DNA of 64,000 nucleotides from the NCBI GenBank assembly GCA_963771175.1, contig CAVYSY010000032.1, forward strand, positions 637,766 to 701,765. The letters are read 5' to 3'. Below the pieces are notes generated by a model that saw only the letters and a program-made list of their open reading frames with translations, had not been told where the DNA came from and searched no databases. The DNA comes from an uncultured delta proteobacterium. Its GTDB lineage: Bacteria; Myxococcota; Myxococcia; Myxococcales; Myxococcaceae. The number at the start of each line of letters is the position of its first letter. Position 1 is the first letter of the stretch. A program made the translations under genes and the position numbers. Positions 11,635-22,869 of the stretch are shown one piece after another.

Positions 11635-13182
11635 CAGGCACCTTCCGTGGAAAGAGTGGGAGTCGTAGAAGAGGAAAGGGAAGCAACGGACCTGGAGGCG
11701 GCGGCGCCCTTGCGCGTCCACACCTCCTCGAGCGACTCCATCCACACCTTGCCGCCCGTCTTGCGGTGGTTCTGGCACCAGCTCTCCAGCGCCTCGTAGC
11801 CGGAGTGGTCCAGCGTCTCCACCGCGAGGTCCAGCTCCACCTGCGCGCCATTGGGCACCTTGGCGAGCGCGGCGGACAGCTTGGGCACGCCCACGAAGGT
11901 GAGGGCGCCGCCCACGCGCACCTGGAGCACCTCACCCGCGCGCTGCACCTCCACGTGCACCCGGCCCAGCCGCCACAGCAGCCGCGCCACCGCCACCGCG
12001 AACCCCAGCGCGATGCCGGCCAGCAGGTTGATGCCCACCACGCCGGCCACCGTCACCAGGTACACGGGCAGCTCCCCGCGCCGGCGCAGCTCCTGGATGT
12101 GGTGCATGTTGACCAGCTTCGCGCCCACGTGGACGAGCAGGCCGGCCAGCACGGTGAGGGGCACCAGGCCCAGATACGAGCCCAGCAGGGAGACGAAGAG
12201 CAGCATCCACACGCCGTGCAGGATGGCGGACGCGCGCGTCTTGGCCCCCGCGGCGATGTTGGCGGCGCTGCGCACGATGACGCCGGTGATGGGCAGGCCG
12301 CCCATCAGGCCCGAGAGGGTGTTGGCCATGCCCTGCGCGAACAGCTCCTTGTCCAGGTTGGCGCGCGGGCCGGTGTGCAGCTTGTCGGTGGCCACCGCGC
12401 TCAGCAGCGACTCGGCGCTGGCCACCAGGGCGAGCGAGAACACCGCGGTCGCGAAGGCGCCCCAGTTGCCCTGGGGCAGCGAGGGAAGCTGGAGGCTCTC
12501 GAAGAGACTCGCCGGCCAGCTCCACCCGCTTCACGTCCGCGCCCCACACCGCCGCGGCCACCGAGGCGCCCACCACCGCCACCAGCGGTCCGGGCACCTG
12601 CTTGAGGCGGCTCTTGGGCATGACCTGCCACAGCACCAGGATGCCGATGGTGACGAGCCCGAGAATCGTCGCGGGGCCGTGCAGGTCGGCGAGCTGCCCC
12701 GGCAGCTCGCGCAGGTTCGCCCAGGCGTTGGACTGCGGCGCGCCGCCCAGCACGATGTGCAGCTGACCCAGGACGATGAGGATGCCGATGCCCGCGAGCA
12801 TGCCGTGGATGACGGCCGGGGAGATGCCCAGCGCGGCGCGCGCCACCTTCAGCCCGCCGAGCGCCATCTGAATCAATCCCGCGGCGGCCACCGCCGCGCA
12901 GGTGGCGGCGAAGCCCAGCTCCTGGATGAAACCGAACACCATCACCGCCAGGCCCGCGGCCGGACCGCTCACCAGCAGCGGCGCACCGCCAAACAGCCCG
13001 ACCACCAGGCCGCCCACCACCCCGGCGATGAGGCCGGACATGATGGGGGCGCCCGAGGCCAGCGAGATGCCCATGCACAGAGGAAGAGCCACCAGGAAGA
13101 CCACCAGGGAGGCGGGCGCATCGCTCGCCAGCACTCCCCGGAGTGAGCCGGCGGCGCCGACTCCCTGCTCGTTCGATTTCAT
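11634..13182 (-). CDS. sulP: SulP/SLC26 anion (probably bicarbonate) transporter with STAS-like C-terminus (frameshift near 12505)
   Basis: VFLVALPLCMGI, VSGPAAGL, ASAESLLSA, GLPITGVIVRS across ORFs 11932..13233 and 11634..12443. Confidence 0.9.
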
Positions 13183-13256
13183 CACCTGACCGCCTCCACG
13201 ATTCGCAGGCGCCACGCTCCTTTCGGAAGCCATGGCGCGTTGTCCGGGCCCTCCTT

Positions 13257-13273
13257 CGCAAAGGGCATGCCGG
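13257..13273 (-). promoter_or_regulatory. Putative sigma54 (-24/-12) promoter of the sulP-CA operon
   Basis: Minus strand CCGGCATGCCCTTTGCG = GG-N10-GC, about 75 nt upstream of the sulP start. Confidence 0.65.
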
Positions 13274-13323
13274 GGCGATGGGGCCCGGTGTCCCTCGGAA
13301 GAGGGCCGGGGGCGGCGGTCGGC

Positions 13324-13342
13324 ACTTCAAGAAATTTGAAGT
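13324..13342. promoter_or_regulatory. Palindromic putative activator-binding site
   Basis: ACTTCAA-GAAAT-TTGAAGT, an AT-rich perfect inverted repeat upstream of the sigma54 motif. Confidence 0.55.
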
Positions 13343-13423
13343 CGCGGGTCTCGCGCTGAAAAAGCCTTGAATACCCGCCCTGTGGGCGAGCGAGCAGGCG
13401 CGGTCCTCACGGCAACAACAGTG

Positions 13424-14763
<1,340 letters not shown>

Positions 14764-14767
<4 letters not shown>

Positions 14768-16444
14768 GCGGCGCGCTCCAGGGGAAGCCGCAGGCAGAAG
14801 CGGCTGCCGTCAGGCAGGCGAGTATAGGTGAGGCTGCCTCCGTGAGCCTCCACGGCGGCACGAGCCATGGGCAGCCCCAGGCCCACGCCCTTGGCGCGCG
14901 CGGTGGCGAAGGGCTCAAACAGACGTGGCTCCAGGTTCGTATCCACGCCCCCCGCGTTGTCCTCCACCATCAGCACGGCCTCGCCGGCCTCGCGCGCGAG
15001 CGTCACCCGCACCCAGGGACCCGGCAGCAGCCCCGTGTCGCGAGCCACCGCGCCAGCCTCCACCGCGTTGCGCACCAGGTTGTCGATGGCGGACACCAGC
15101 AGCGCCGGGTCGGCTTCCACGGTGAGGCCCTCCGCCAGCGACGTGGTCACGGAGACGTCCTCGGACTCCGGCAACAGACGAACCGACTGCAGGGCCTCCT
15201 CCACCAGCAGGTGCAGCTCGCAGGAGCGGCGCGGGGCGACCCGCTGCGGTGCCCCGAAGGACAGCAGCGAGCGGGCCAGGTGTCCCAGCCGCTGTATCTG
15301 GGCACGAAGGGCGGGCAGGGCCACCTCTCCACCGGACGCGGCGGGCCGGAGCAGGGAGAGGGCCGCCTGGATGCCGTTGAGGGCGTTCTTCACCTCATGG
15401 GCGATGAGCTGGCTGGCGGCGCCCAGCGCGGCCATCGTCTCCTGGTGCCGCAGTCGCTCCTCGGCGGCGAGCAGCGAGTGATACGAGCGCCGCAGCAGGA
15501 GGGTGTAGATGAGGATGCTGCCGCCCAGCAGGGCGAGGTGGAAGAGGAGCTGACTGAGGAACCGGCGCCGCAGGAGCGCGGTGTCCCGAGCCTCGTCCTC
15601 CAGCACGGCCAGCAGCATGCCGCCCACACCATCGGGGACCGGAACCGGGGCCGCCGCGCCCAGCATGCTCGTGCCTCCCAGCACGATGAGACCAGGAGTC
15701 TCGATCAGGGCGCGCAGCTTCGAGGGAGCTCCCCGGAGCCCAGGCGAACGGTGGAGGAACGGGCAGCAGCAGGTGCCCGTCTCCATCCAGCAACAGCGAG
15801 ACGTCCCCGCCCGCCATCCGGACCCCCGGGAGCGGGCGCGCGCCCGAGCGCAGCTCCCCCACCAGCACGCCCGTCACCTTTCCGGAGCGCAGGATGGGCA
15901 CCGCCACCACCAGCGGCCCGCCCTCCCCCTCCAGCAGGTGGATGTCCGGGACGCCCTCGGACAGCACCCGGCGGAACCATGAGCGGGAGCTCAGAGGAGA
16001 GTCACCCAGTGCCATGTGGGGCGGGTCGCTCCACACGCGGCGCCCCTCGGGGGTGAGCAGCGCCACCCCCTCGGAGAAGAGGGGCGAGTGGTAGAAGGCA
16101 CCGTCCAGCACGGAGACGTCCGATGCGGAGAGGCCTCCCTCGGGGGAGAAATGCGGGTGCTCGGCCAGGCGACGCAGCTCCGCCTCCAGCAGGCCCAGGT
16201 GCACCCCCAGTGCCTCGGCCTGCACCTGGGCCTGACTGGAGAGGTGCCCGAGGACCTCCTCGCGGGCGTTCTGCACGTCCTCCCGGTAGGCGAGCAAGGG
16301 GCTGGCCAATGCCGCCATGCCGAGCAGCGCCAGCCCCAACAAGGCGGAGCGGCCGGCACGCTGCTGCGCCCGGGCGAGCTCTCCTGGAGCGAGGGCTGGC
16401 GAAGGAACCGGAGGACGGGGCGACCGGGGCATGCGAGACATCAT
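14764..16444 (-). CDS. Membrane sensor histidine kinase with Cache-like periplasmic domain (frameshift near 15720-15760)
   Basis: TM plus periplasmic region in ORF 15395..16504; H-box AHEVKNAL, NLVRNAVEA, EDNAGG, GVGLGL in ORF 14764..15786. Confidence 0.85.
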
Positions 16445-16635
16445 GCGCCAACCGCCCGGGTCGACGCCTTCTTTCCGTGCGCCTCCTCCAGCGGCCTCCA
16501 GCACGACGCCGCGACCGGAGCCCTTCGCGCGGCAAACAGAGGGAGGGGGCAGGCGGGCCCTGGAGAGCCCGGAGGGTGCGGTGCTTCTGAATGATTCCGT
16601 GCACCCGGCCTTCCCCCTACACTGCGCCCCTCCGC

Positions 16636-17178
16636 ATGAACCTGCTCCTCGTCGCCGTCGGATTGTCCAAGGTCGTCTTCGGTGGGCTGGTGGCCGCGCT
16701 CGGCATCTGGCTCGCGTTCCGCGGCCTCAACCGACTCCTCGGCACCAATCCCACCGTGGAGCTCCAGCAGGGCAACGTGGCGGCCGGCATCGTCCACGCC
16801 GCCAGCCTGCTCGCGCTCGGGCTGCTGGTGCAGAACGCGGTGAACGCCACCTTCGACGCGGTGGACCTCACCTTCCGCGGCGCCTCCCTCCAGCCCGGGG
16901 CGTTGGTGCGGCTCACCTTCTTCGCCCTCATGCACGTGGGCGTGTCCCTCCTGGTGGGCACCGGCGTGCTCGCCCTGGGCATGCTCCTCTTCGACCGCAT
17001 CACCCCCGGCATGGACGAGCTCGCCGAGGTGCGCCGCGGCAACGTGGCGCTCGCGCTCGTGCTGGCCGCCATCCTCCTCGTGATCGCCCTGCTCACCGCC
17101 CCGGGCCTCCAGGCCGCCCTCAACGGCCTCATCCCCTTCCCCGAGCTCCCCTCCTCCACGTACCGCCCCCCCTCCTGA
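16636..17178 (+). CDS. DUF350-like membrane protein
   Basis: Two internal repeats ELQQGNVAAGI / EVRRGNVALAL and four hydrophobic segments. Confidence 0.75.
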   Translation: MNLLLVAVGLSKVVFGGLVAALGIWLAFRGLNRLLGTNPTVELQQGNVAAGIVHAASLLALGLLVQNAVNATFDAVDLTFRGASLQPGALVRLTFFALMHVGVSLLVGTGVLALGMLLFDRITPGMDELAEVRRGNVALALVLAAILLVIALLTAPGLQAALNGLIPFPELPSSTYRPPS

Positions 17179-17182
17179 CTCC

Positions 17183-18088
17183 GTGGACTCCCCGCCGTCC
17201 AGCCCGGGGAAGACGCTCCTCAAGCTCTTCCTCGTCCTCTTCACCGCCGCGAGCTGCTGCTTCTTCCTGGGGCTGCAATGGCTCGTCTCGCTGGACGTCC
17301 ACTCGATTGTCCCCGGCCCCGGCCCCGCCCCCGCTCCCATCCAGGAGCCCGTCCCCGACCCGACGCTCGAGACCTCGGGCTCCCGGGGAGTCCACCTCGG
17401 ACTGGCCCTCATCCCCGCCTCCACGCCCCTGAGCCAGGCGCGCACCTTCGAGTGGCGCGCCGAGTCGCTCGCCCCTCCGGAGTACCGGGTGGGCTACGGC
17501 CTGGGCGAGTCCCTCGAGCGCTCGCTCGCGAGCAACCACGTGGCGTACGGCCGCAAGATGCACTTCCGCGCGCTCGGCCCGGACCGCTTCACCTACCACG
17601 CGCCCCCGGGATGCCAGGCGGACATGCGCTGCATCTACGAGGAGCTGATGCGCAGCAACGCCGAGCCCGTGCGCATGCTGGGCAACCGCTTCGTCGAGCA
17701 CATCCGCGCGCAGCGCCTCGGCCCCGTGGAGGCCGCCGAGCTCATCGTCACCTTCGTGCAGCGCATCCACTACGCGCAGCCCGATGACCAGCCCTTCGGC
17801 ATCCTCCCGCCGGCGCTCGTCCCCGCGCAGAACCGAGGGGACTGTGACTCCAAGGCCGTGCTCGCGGTGATGCTGCTGCGTCAGGCGGGGCTCGACGCGA
17901 CCATCCTCTACTCGGATCCGCTCTCGCACGCCGCCGTGGGCGTGGCCGTGCCCGTGCGCGGCCATGCCTTCCGCCTCGGCGGCCACGTGTACCGCTACGC
18001 CGAGCTCACCACCGAGGGCTGGCCCCTCGGGATGATTCCTCCCCAACACGACAAGCCGCACCTCTGGAAGGTGCTGCCCGCGGAGTAG
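17183..18088 (+). CDS. Membrane-anchored transglutaminase-like (papain-fold) protein
   Basis: N-terminal TM; FVQRIHY, GDCDSKAVL, HAAVGV, YAELT give a candidate Cys-His-Glu triad. Confidence 0.65.
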   Translation: MDSPPSSPGKTLLKLFLVLFTAASCCFFLGLQWLVSLDVHSIVPGPGPAPAPIQEPVPDPTLETSGSRGVHLGLALIPASTPLSQARTFEWRAESLAPPEYRVGYGLGESLERSLASNHVAYGRKMHFRALGPDRFTYHAPPGCQADMRCIYEELMRSNAEPVRMLGNRFVEHIRAQRLGPVEAAELIVTFVQRIHYAQPDDQPFGILPPALVPAQNRGDCDSKAVLAVMLLRQAGLDATILYSDPLSHAAVGVAVPVRGHAFRLGGHVYRYAELTTEGWPLGMIPPQHDKPHLWKVLPAE

Positions 18089-18091
18089 TCT

Positions 18092-18850
18092 TCACCGCAC
18101 GGGCGCGTTCATCAGCCCCAGGACGTAGGCGTCGTACTCCTCCTTCATAGGCAGGGACTCGTCCACGCGCAGCCGCCGCCGGGTGGTGCTCACCTTCTGG
18201 CCACTGCGCGGGTCCACGCCCTCCTTCTCGTACTGCTCCCACGTGATGCCCGTGCCTCGACGCTGCCAGAGCGGCAGCTCGTTGAAGTTGATGCCCCGCT
18301 GGAAGAGGAGCTCGTTCTTGAAGCCCACCGACTTGCCGTGCAGCGCGCGGGAGGCCTGCGCCACGCTCTGGCCCTCCTTGCGCAGCGTCCAGTAGCACCA
18401 GCCGTGCAGCGCGCAGCGGGCCGCATCCGCCTGCCTCCAGCGGAAGTAGTCCACCACCGCCTTCTCGTTCACGCCCATCCACACCCGGCTGTCGAACACG
18501 GCCGGCACCCCCGCCACATGCGTGAAGGTCGCGCTGGCCACACCCGCCGAGATGGACACCAGCTTCTCCACCTCGCGGTCGAAGAGCGACCACTCCGGCC
18601 GGAAGAGCACGGAGATTTCATCGCTCTCGGTGTACGCGTAGAGGCCCTGCAAGTCCTCCAGCAGCGCCGAGGCGGTGCGCACCATCTGCTGGTGCAGCGT
18701 GGCATCGAAGGGCTTCTCGTACCGCTCCTCCGTGAAGCGCGAGAAGCCCCGCCCGTCCACCCGCAGCACACACCACGCCCCGCGCAGCAGCCGCAGCGAG
18801 TGGAAGAGCTCGCCCTCACGCATCCGGCTTTCGAACTCGTTGGGATTCAT
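18092..18850 (-). CDS. thg1: Thg1-like protein (tRNA-His guanylyltransferase family, 3'-5' polymerase)
   Basis: VLRVDGRGFSRFT, YTESDEIS, FDSR, YFRWRQADA, GINFNELP.WQRRG. Confidence 0.93.
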   Translation of the reverse strand: MNPNEFESRMREGELFHSLRLLRGAWCVLRVDGRGFSRFTEERYEKPFDATLHQQMVRTASALLEDLQGLYAYTESDEISVLFRPEWSLFDREVEKLVSISAGVASATFTHVAGVPAVFDSRVWMGVNEKAVVDYFRWRQADAARCALHGWCYWTLRKEGQSVAQASRALHGKSVGFKNELLFQRGINFNELPLWQRRGTGITWEQYEKEGVDPRSGQKVSTTRRRLRVDESLPMKEEYDAYVLGLMNAPVR

Positions 18851-19307
18851 CGTCCTGTCTCCACTCCCTCACGTGGAAGCCGCCCTGGGGATCGACCCGC
18901 ACGTGGAACAACGCATCGAAGCCCTCGGCGTACGAGGGCCATCTCAGTTTCCTGCTCGTGATGTGGAGCGCCTTGTCCTCCACCCGCGCCCGCCCCACCC
19001 TCCCCGCGTTGCGCGCGAGGCACGTCTCCAGGTCCGACTCGAAGGCGTAGCCCACCACCCGCGCGCCATGCTCCCGGCCGATGGCGATGAGCGGCGCCCG
19101 GTCCTCGACCAACGGGTTGGTGTTGTCCACCACCACCGAGCGTCCCTCCGCCAGCGCCTGGGCGATGAGCCGCTGCTGCCGGGCCTCGCGCCTGCGCGCG
19201 TTGGGCCACAGATCCTTGCTCACGTGGACGTGCGTGGCCGCGAGGCGCTCCCGGTAGAAGCTGCTCTTTCCCGAGCCCTGCAGGCCGATGAAAAGAACCA
19301 GTTCCAT
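18816..19307 (-). CDS. P-loop kinase (AAA_33/PNK-like)
   Basis: MELVLFIGLQGSGKSSF, VVVDNTN, CLARNA.R, PSYAEGFD. Confidence 0.85.
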   Translation of the reverse strand: MELVLFIGLQGSGKSSFYRERLAATHVHVSKDLWPNARRREARQQRLIAQALAEGRSVVVDNTNPLVEDRAPLIAIGREHGARVVGYAFESDLETCLARNAGRVGRARVEDKALHITSRKLRWPSYAEGFDALFHVRVDPQGGFHVREWRQDDESQRVRKPDA

Positions 19308-19421
19308 GGCGCGTCTCCTCCCAGACGGTGTGCACGCCCGGGCCCTGACGTCCACGCTGGACCCGGGCAAGTGCTCACCTCCAGGCGAAGGACGGCCCCG
19401 CTGGGGGCTCGCCCCCCGTGC

Positions 19422-21461
19422 TCACGCCGAGGTCATCCGCGTCTTCAACCGAGCCGCCTCCACCCGTTCCCCGGCGGCATCCAGGATGGAGGCGGCGCGC
19501 GCGTAGTTCGTGGCCGCCTCCGCCCGGCGCAGGTTGGACTCGTCCACCTGCGCCGCGGACAGCAGGAAAGGCACGGCCCGCCGGGACTCCCCACCTTCCA
19601 GCCAGTGCTGCGCGATGGTGGCCGGGGCCGCTCGCCTCCGCTCCAACTGTTGGGCCAGGCGCCGGTGCAGCAGCGCCCCCAGCGCCGAGGGAATGGTGCC
19701 GCGCACCGCCTCCAGCACGAGGTCGTGGGTGAAGCGCTCGCCCCGGAGTATCTGCGCGGCCTCCAGCTCGCGCAGCGGCTCGGCGAAGGACAGGGGGCTC
19801 ACCTCCAGCACCTCGCCGGCCAGCTCCAGGCCGAAGTCCATGAGGGCCAACGCCACCACCTGGGCCAATTGCAGCGCCAGCGGGGACAGCCGCTCCAGCC
19901 GCTGCTGGATGAGCTGGCGCACCCGCCCCGGAGGAGGCAGCCGCTCCGGCCACCCCCGCTCCAGGCTCCCCGACTCCATCAGGTGCTTGAGCGTCTCGGT
20001 GATGAAGAGGGGGTTGCCGCCCGTGTAGCGCGTCATCTCCCCCGCCAGCCCCGTGGCCCCTGGCAGCGCGAGGCTGTCCAGCAGCTCGCCCACCGCCGAC
20101 GGCGACAGCGGCTCCAGGTACAGGTACGTCGCCAGCCCCGCCTGCTCCAGCCGATTCGTCATGGAGGTGGCCTCGGGGCCGAGCTCGCCAAGGCGGCAGC
20201 AGTCGATCATCACCGGGAAGTCGCCGGTATCGTGGAAGCGGGCATGGGCATAGGCCCCCACCTCCAGGCTGGCGGCGTCGGCGAACTGGATGTCGTCGGT
20301 AACGACGGAGGGCAGGCCCTCGCAGCAGCGGCGGAGCACCTCGCTGAGGGCATTCAAGTAACGGACCCGGTCCCCCTCGTCGCGCAGCGAGGAGATGTCG
20401 TCACCGGGCTCGGCGCACTCGGGGATGATGCGCGCCAGCTCGCGGCGGATCCACGGCTCCAGGCCCTGCCGCACCGAGGGCCGCTCGGCGAACGTCTGCC
20501 GGACGTGCCGCACGAACAGTGAGTAGGGCACCTCCGCGTCCCCGGGCCGCCCGGCGAACACGGTGTAGCGCCCCTTGGAAGCCGCGAAGTCCAGCGCGAG
20601 GCGTGACTTGCCCACGCCCGGCTCGGCCATCAGCAACATGACGCGCCGGGCCTGAAAGGCCTCCTCCATCTGCGCCCACTCCCGCGCGCGCCCCACCAGC
20701 ACCGGAGGGCGGAGCACGGTGAGCGGCAACGTCCGTCCAGGCGTGTCACTCACGGCGCGAGGCCGCACCTGCCCGCGCTCCACGTCCCGAGCCAGCGCGA
20801 GCGTGTCCGGGTGCGGCGCGGCGTCGTACTCCTCCCGCAGCATCGTCCGGCAGCGCTCGAACAGGCTCAGCGCCGCCATCCGATCCCCCGCGAAATAGTG
20901 CAGCCGCATCAACCGCCGGTAGGCCTCCTCGGAGAGTGGATCCAACCCCAGCAACCGCTCGGCGAATTGCAGCGCCCCGGACAAGTCGCCCCGCTGCTCG
21001 CAGGCGTCCGCCTCGGCGCTGGCGGCGCGGCGCCGCAGGGACTCGAGCTGCTCGCGGGCGCGGAGCAGCCATGCCTCGAAGTCCGGGCAGTCGTCGAAGT
21101 CCAGGGTGCCCAACAGCGAGCCCGCCTGCGCGAGCGCCTGGGCATGGCGACCGGCGAAGACGTGGGCCTCCAGCTCCACCGCGTCGGTGGCCACGCGCTC
21201 GGAAAGGGAGATGACATCTCCCCCGAGCACCAGGTCCGCCCCGGTGGACACCCGCAGCCGGCGCAGGAGCTGGCGCATGTTGTTGCGTGCCGTGTCCTCG
21301 CCGGAGCCGGGCCACAGCATGCCCGCCAGCCGGTACTTGGGCGTGGGCCCCTCCAGCGCCAGCCAGGCCAGCACCGCCGCCACACGCCGCTGAAGCTCCA
21401 AGGGCTCCGCCAGCCCCAGAAGCCGGGCGCCCCCGAGTACTTCCAACCGCCAGTCCGTCAC
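19422..21461 (-). CDS. SARP/BTAD transcriptional activator with NTPase domain
   Basis: wHTH (LAGMLWP..ARNNMRQLLRRLR), BTAD (LDPLSEEAYRRLMRLH), Walker A AEPGVGKS, TGGNPLF. Confidence 0.88.
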   Translation of the reverse strand: MTDWRLEVLGGARLLGLAEPLELQRRVAAVLAWLALEGPTPKYRLAGMLWPGSGEDTARNNMRQLLRRLRVSTGADLVLGGDVISLSERVATDAVELEAHVFAGRHAQALAQAGSLLGTLDFDDCPDFEAWLLRAREQLESLRRRAASAEADACEQRGDLSGALQFAERLLGLDPLSEEAYRRLMRLHYFAGDRMAALSLFERCRTMLREEYDAAPHPDTLALARDVERGQVRPRAVSDTPGRTLPLTVLRPPVLVGRAREWAQMEEAFQARRVMLLMAEPGVGKSRLALDFAASKGRYTVFAGRPGDAEVPYSLFVRHVRQTFAERPSVRQGLEPWIRRELARIIPECAEPGDDISSLRDEGDRVRYLNALSEVLRRCCEGLPSVVTDDIQFADAASLEVGAYAHARFHDTGDFPVMIDCCRLGELGPEATSMTNRLEQAGLATYLYLEPLSPSAVGELLDSLALPGATGLAGEMTRYTGGNPLFITETLKHLMESGSLERGWPERLPPPGRVRQLIQQRLERLSPLALQLAQVVALALMDFGLELAGEVLEVSPLSFAEPLRELEAAQILRGERFTHDLVLEAVRGTIPSALGALLHRRLAQQLERRRAAPATIAQHWLEGGESRRAVPFLLSAAQVDESNLRRAEAATNYARAASILDAAGERVEAARLKTRMTSA

Positions 21462-21526
21462 GACGTCATCCCCCCAACGCCGCCCGGCGGAGCAGCCACG
21501 GGCTCTGAGAGCCTCTCACGGGCTCC

Positions 21527-22696
21527 TCAGGTCCAGAACCCCGTCGGCTGCCCGAGGAGTGAGGCCCCGGCCTGGCCAAACCACCCCTCAGCGGCAGCCG
21601 CATGCTGCCTGAAGGTGTGGATGTCACGGAAGCGCCTCTGCAAGGACGAGCCATCCCGGAGCGAGCTGGCCCCCCCTGCCTGGTAGCAGGTTCCCACTAC
21701 GCTGGCCGCCGTCTCCGTCACCCAGGCCAGGGTGGCCGAGAGGCGCGGAGCAATCGCGGCGGTGGCGGCGGGATTTTCCACGCACGCGGCCCAGAACTCG
21801 TCCGACGCATCGCGCAGGAGCGCCCGGGCGGCCCGGACGTCCATGTCGAGGCGGCCGAGCTGGAGCTGGAAGACGGGGGACTCGGAGAGCGAGGTGCGGG
21901 CATACAGCCGCCGCTTGCCCGTGGAGGCGAGCGTCACCAGGTCATCCAGCGCGCCCTGGGCGATGCCCAGCACCACCGCGCCCATGTGGAGGACGAAGTG
22001 CGCCAGCGGCGCGACGAAGCCCGGCCCCTGCACGCTGGGCGTGCCGAAGAAGATGTCGAGGGATTGCTCCTCGGGGCAGAAGAGCCCCTCCATGGCGATG
22101 TCGTGGCTGCCCGTGCCCTTGAGGCCGAGCACGTTCCAGGTGTCGAGGATGCGCACCTCACTGGCCGGCAGGAGCATGCCCCGCGTCTTGGGCACGCCCG
22201 GCATGGGACCGGGGAGCGGCTGCCCATCCTCGAGGACGACGCAGTTGCCGAACAGCCAGTCCGCGTGCTGGCAGCCGGTGGCGAAGCCCCAGCGCCCGGT
22301 GACGCGATAGCCGCCCTTCTCCGCCACCGCCTGCCCCTGCGCGTTGAAGGCGCCGCCCACGATGACGTCCGGCCCGCCCGAGTAGATGGCGTCGAAGCGC
22401 TCACGAGACAGGAGCGAGAAGAGGTGCGGGCTCTCCGAGCCGAGCATCACCGTCCAGCCGGTGGAGCCATCCGCCCGGGCGAGCGTCTCCAGGACCTCGT
22501 TGCCGGTGCGCAGGTCCACCTCGAGGCCGCCGTGGCTGCGGGGCAGGAACATCCGGAAGAAGCCCGCCTGCTTGAGCTGGCCGAGCAGCTCCAGCGGCAG
22601 CCGTCGCCCCGCCTCGATGTCCGCGGCCCGGGCCGTAATCACCGGAGCCAGGTCATGCGCGGCCGCCAGCACCTTCGTTGCCTCGGCATTCTTCAT
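21527..22696 (-). CDS. Acyl-CoA dehydrogenase-fold flavin-dependent hydroxylase (HsaA-like)
   Basis: GRWGFATGCQHADW, DTWNVLGLKGTGSHD, LQRRFRDIH; start ATG 22696. Confidence 0.85.
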   Translation of the reverse strand: MKNAEATKVLAAAHDLAPVITARAADIEAGRRLPLELLGQLKQAGFFRMFLPRSHGGLEVDLRTGNEVLETLARADGSTGWTVMLGSESPHLFSLLSRERFDAIYSGGPDVIVGGAFNAQGQAVAEKGGYRVTGRWGFATGCQHADWLFGNCVVLEDGQPLPGPMPGVPKTRGMLLPASEVRILDTWNVLGLKGTGSHDIAMEGLFCPEEQSLDIFFGTPSVQGPGFVAPLAHFVLHMGAVVLGIAQGALDDLVTLASTGKRRLYARTSLSESPVFQLQLGRLDMDVRAARALLRDASDEFWAACVENPAATAAIAPRLSATLAWVTETAASVVGTCYQAGGASSLRDGSSLQRRFRDIHTFRQHAAAAEGWFGQAGASLLGQPTGFWT

Positions 22697-22774
22697 TGCG
22701 TCACTCCCGGGTTGCGGGCGCAGGAGTCCCCCCATGTCGCCCTTCAAGTGGAGGACAGCATTACCGGGAGGGGT

Positions 22775-22792
22775 GTGACGGGCTCGTGACGG
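22775..22792 (-). promoter_or_regulatory. Heptamer direct repeat, putative SARP-binding site
   Basis: GTGACGG-GCTC-GTGACGG (11-bp period), about 80 nt upstream of the hydroxylase-BTAD unit. Confidence 0.5.
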
Positions 22793-22869
22793 CTCCACCC
22801 CGCCCTGGTCACAACGGATTGTCAGGCCTGATTCCCCATGGGAGCCTGACCGCACCCAGGGAGGGAACC

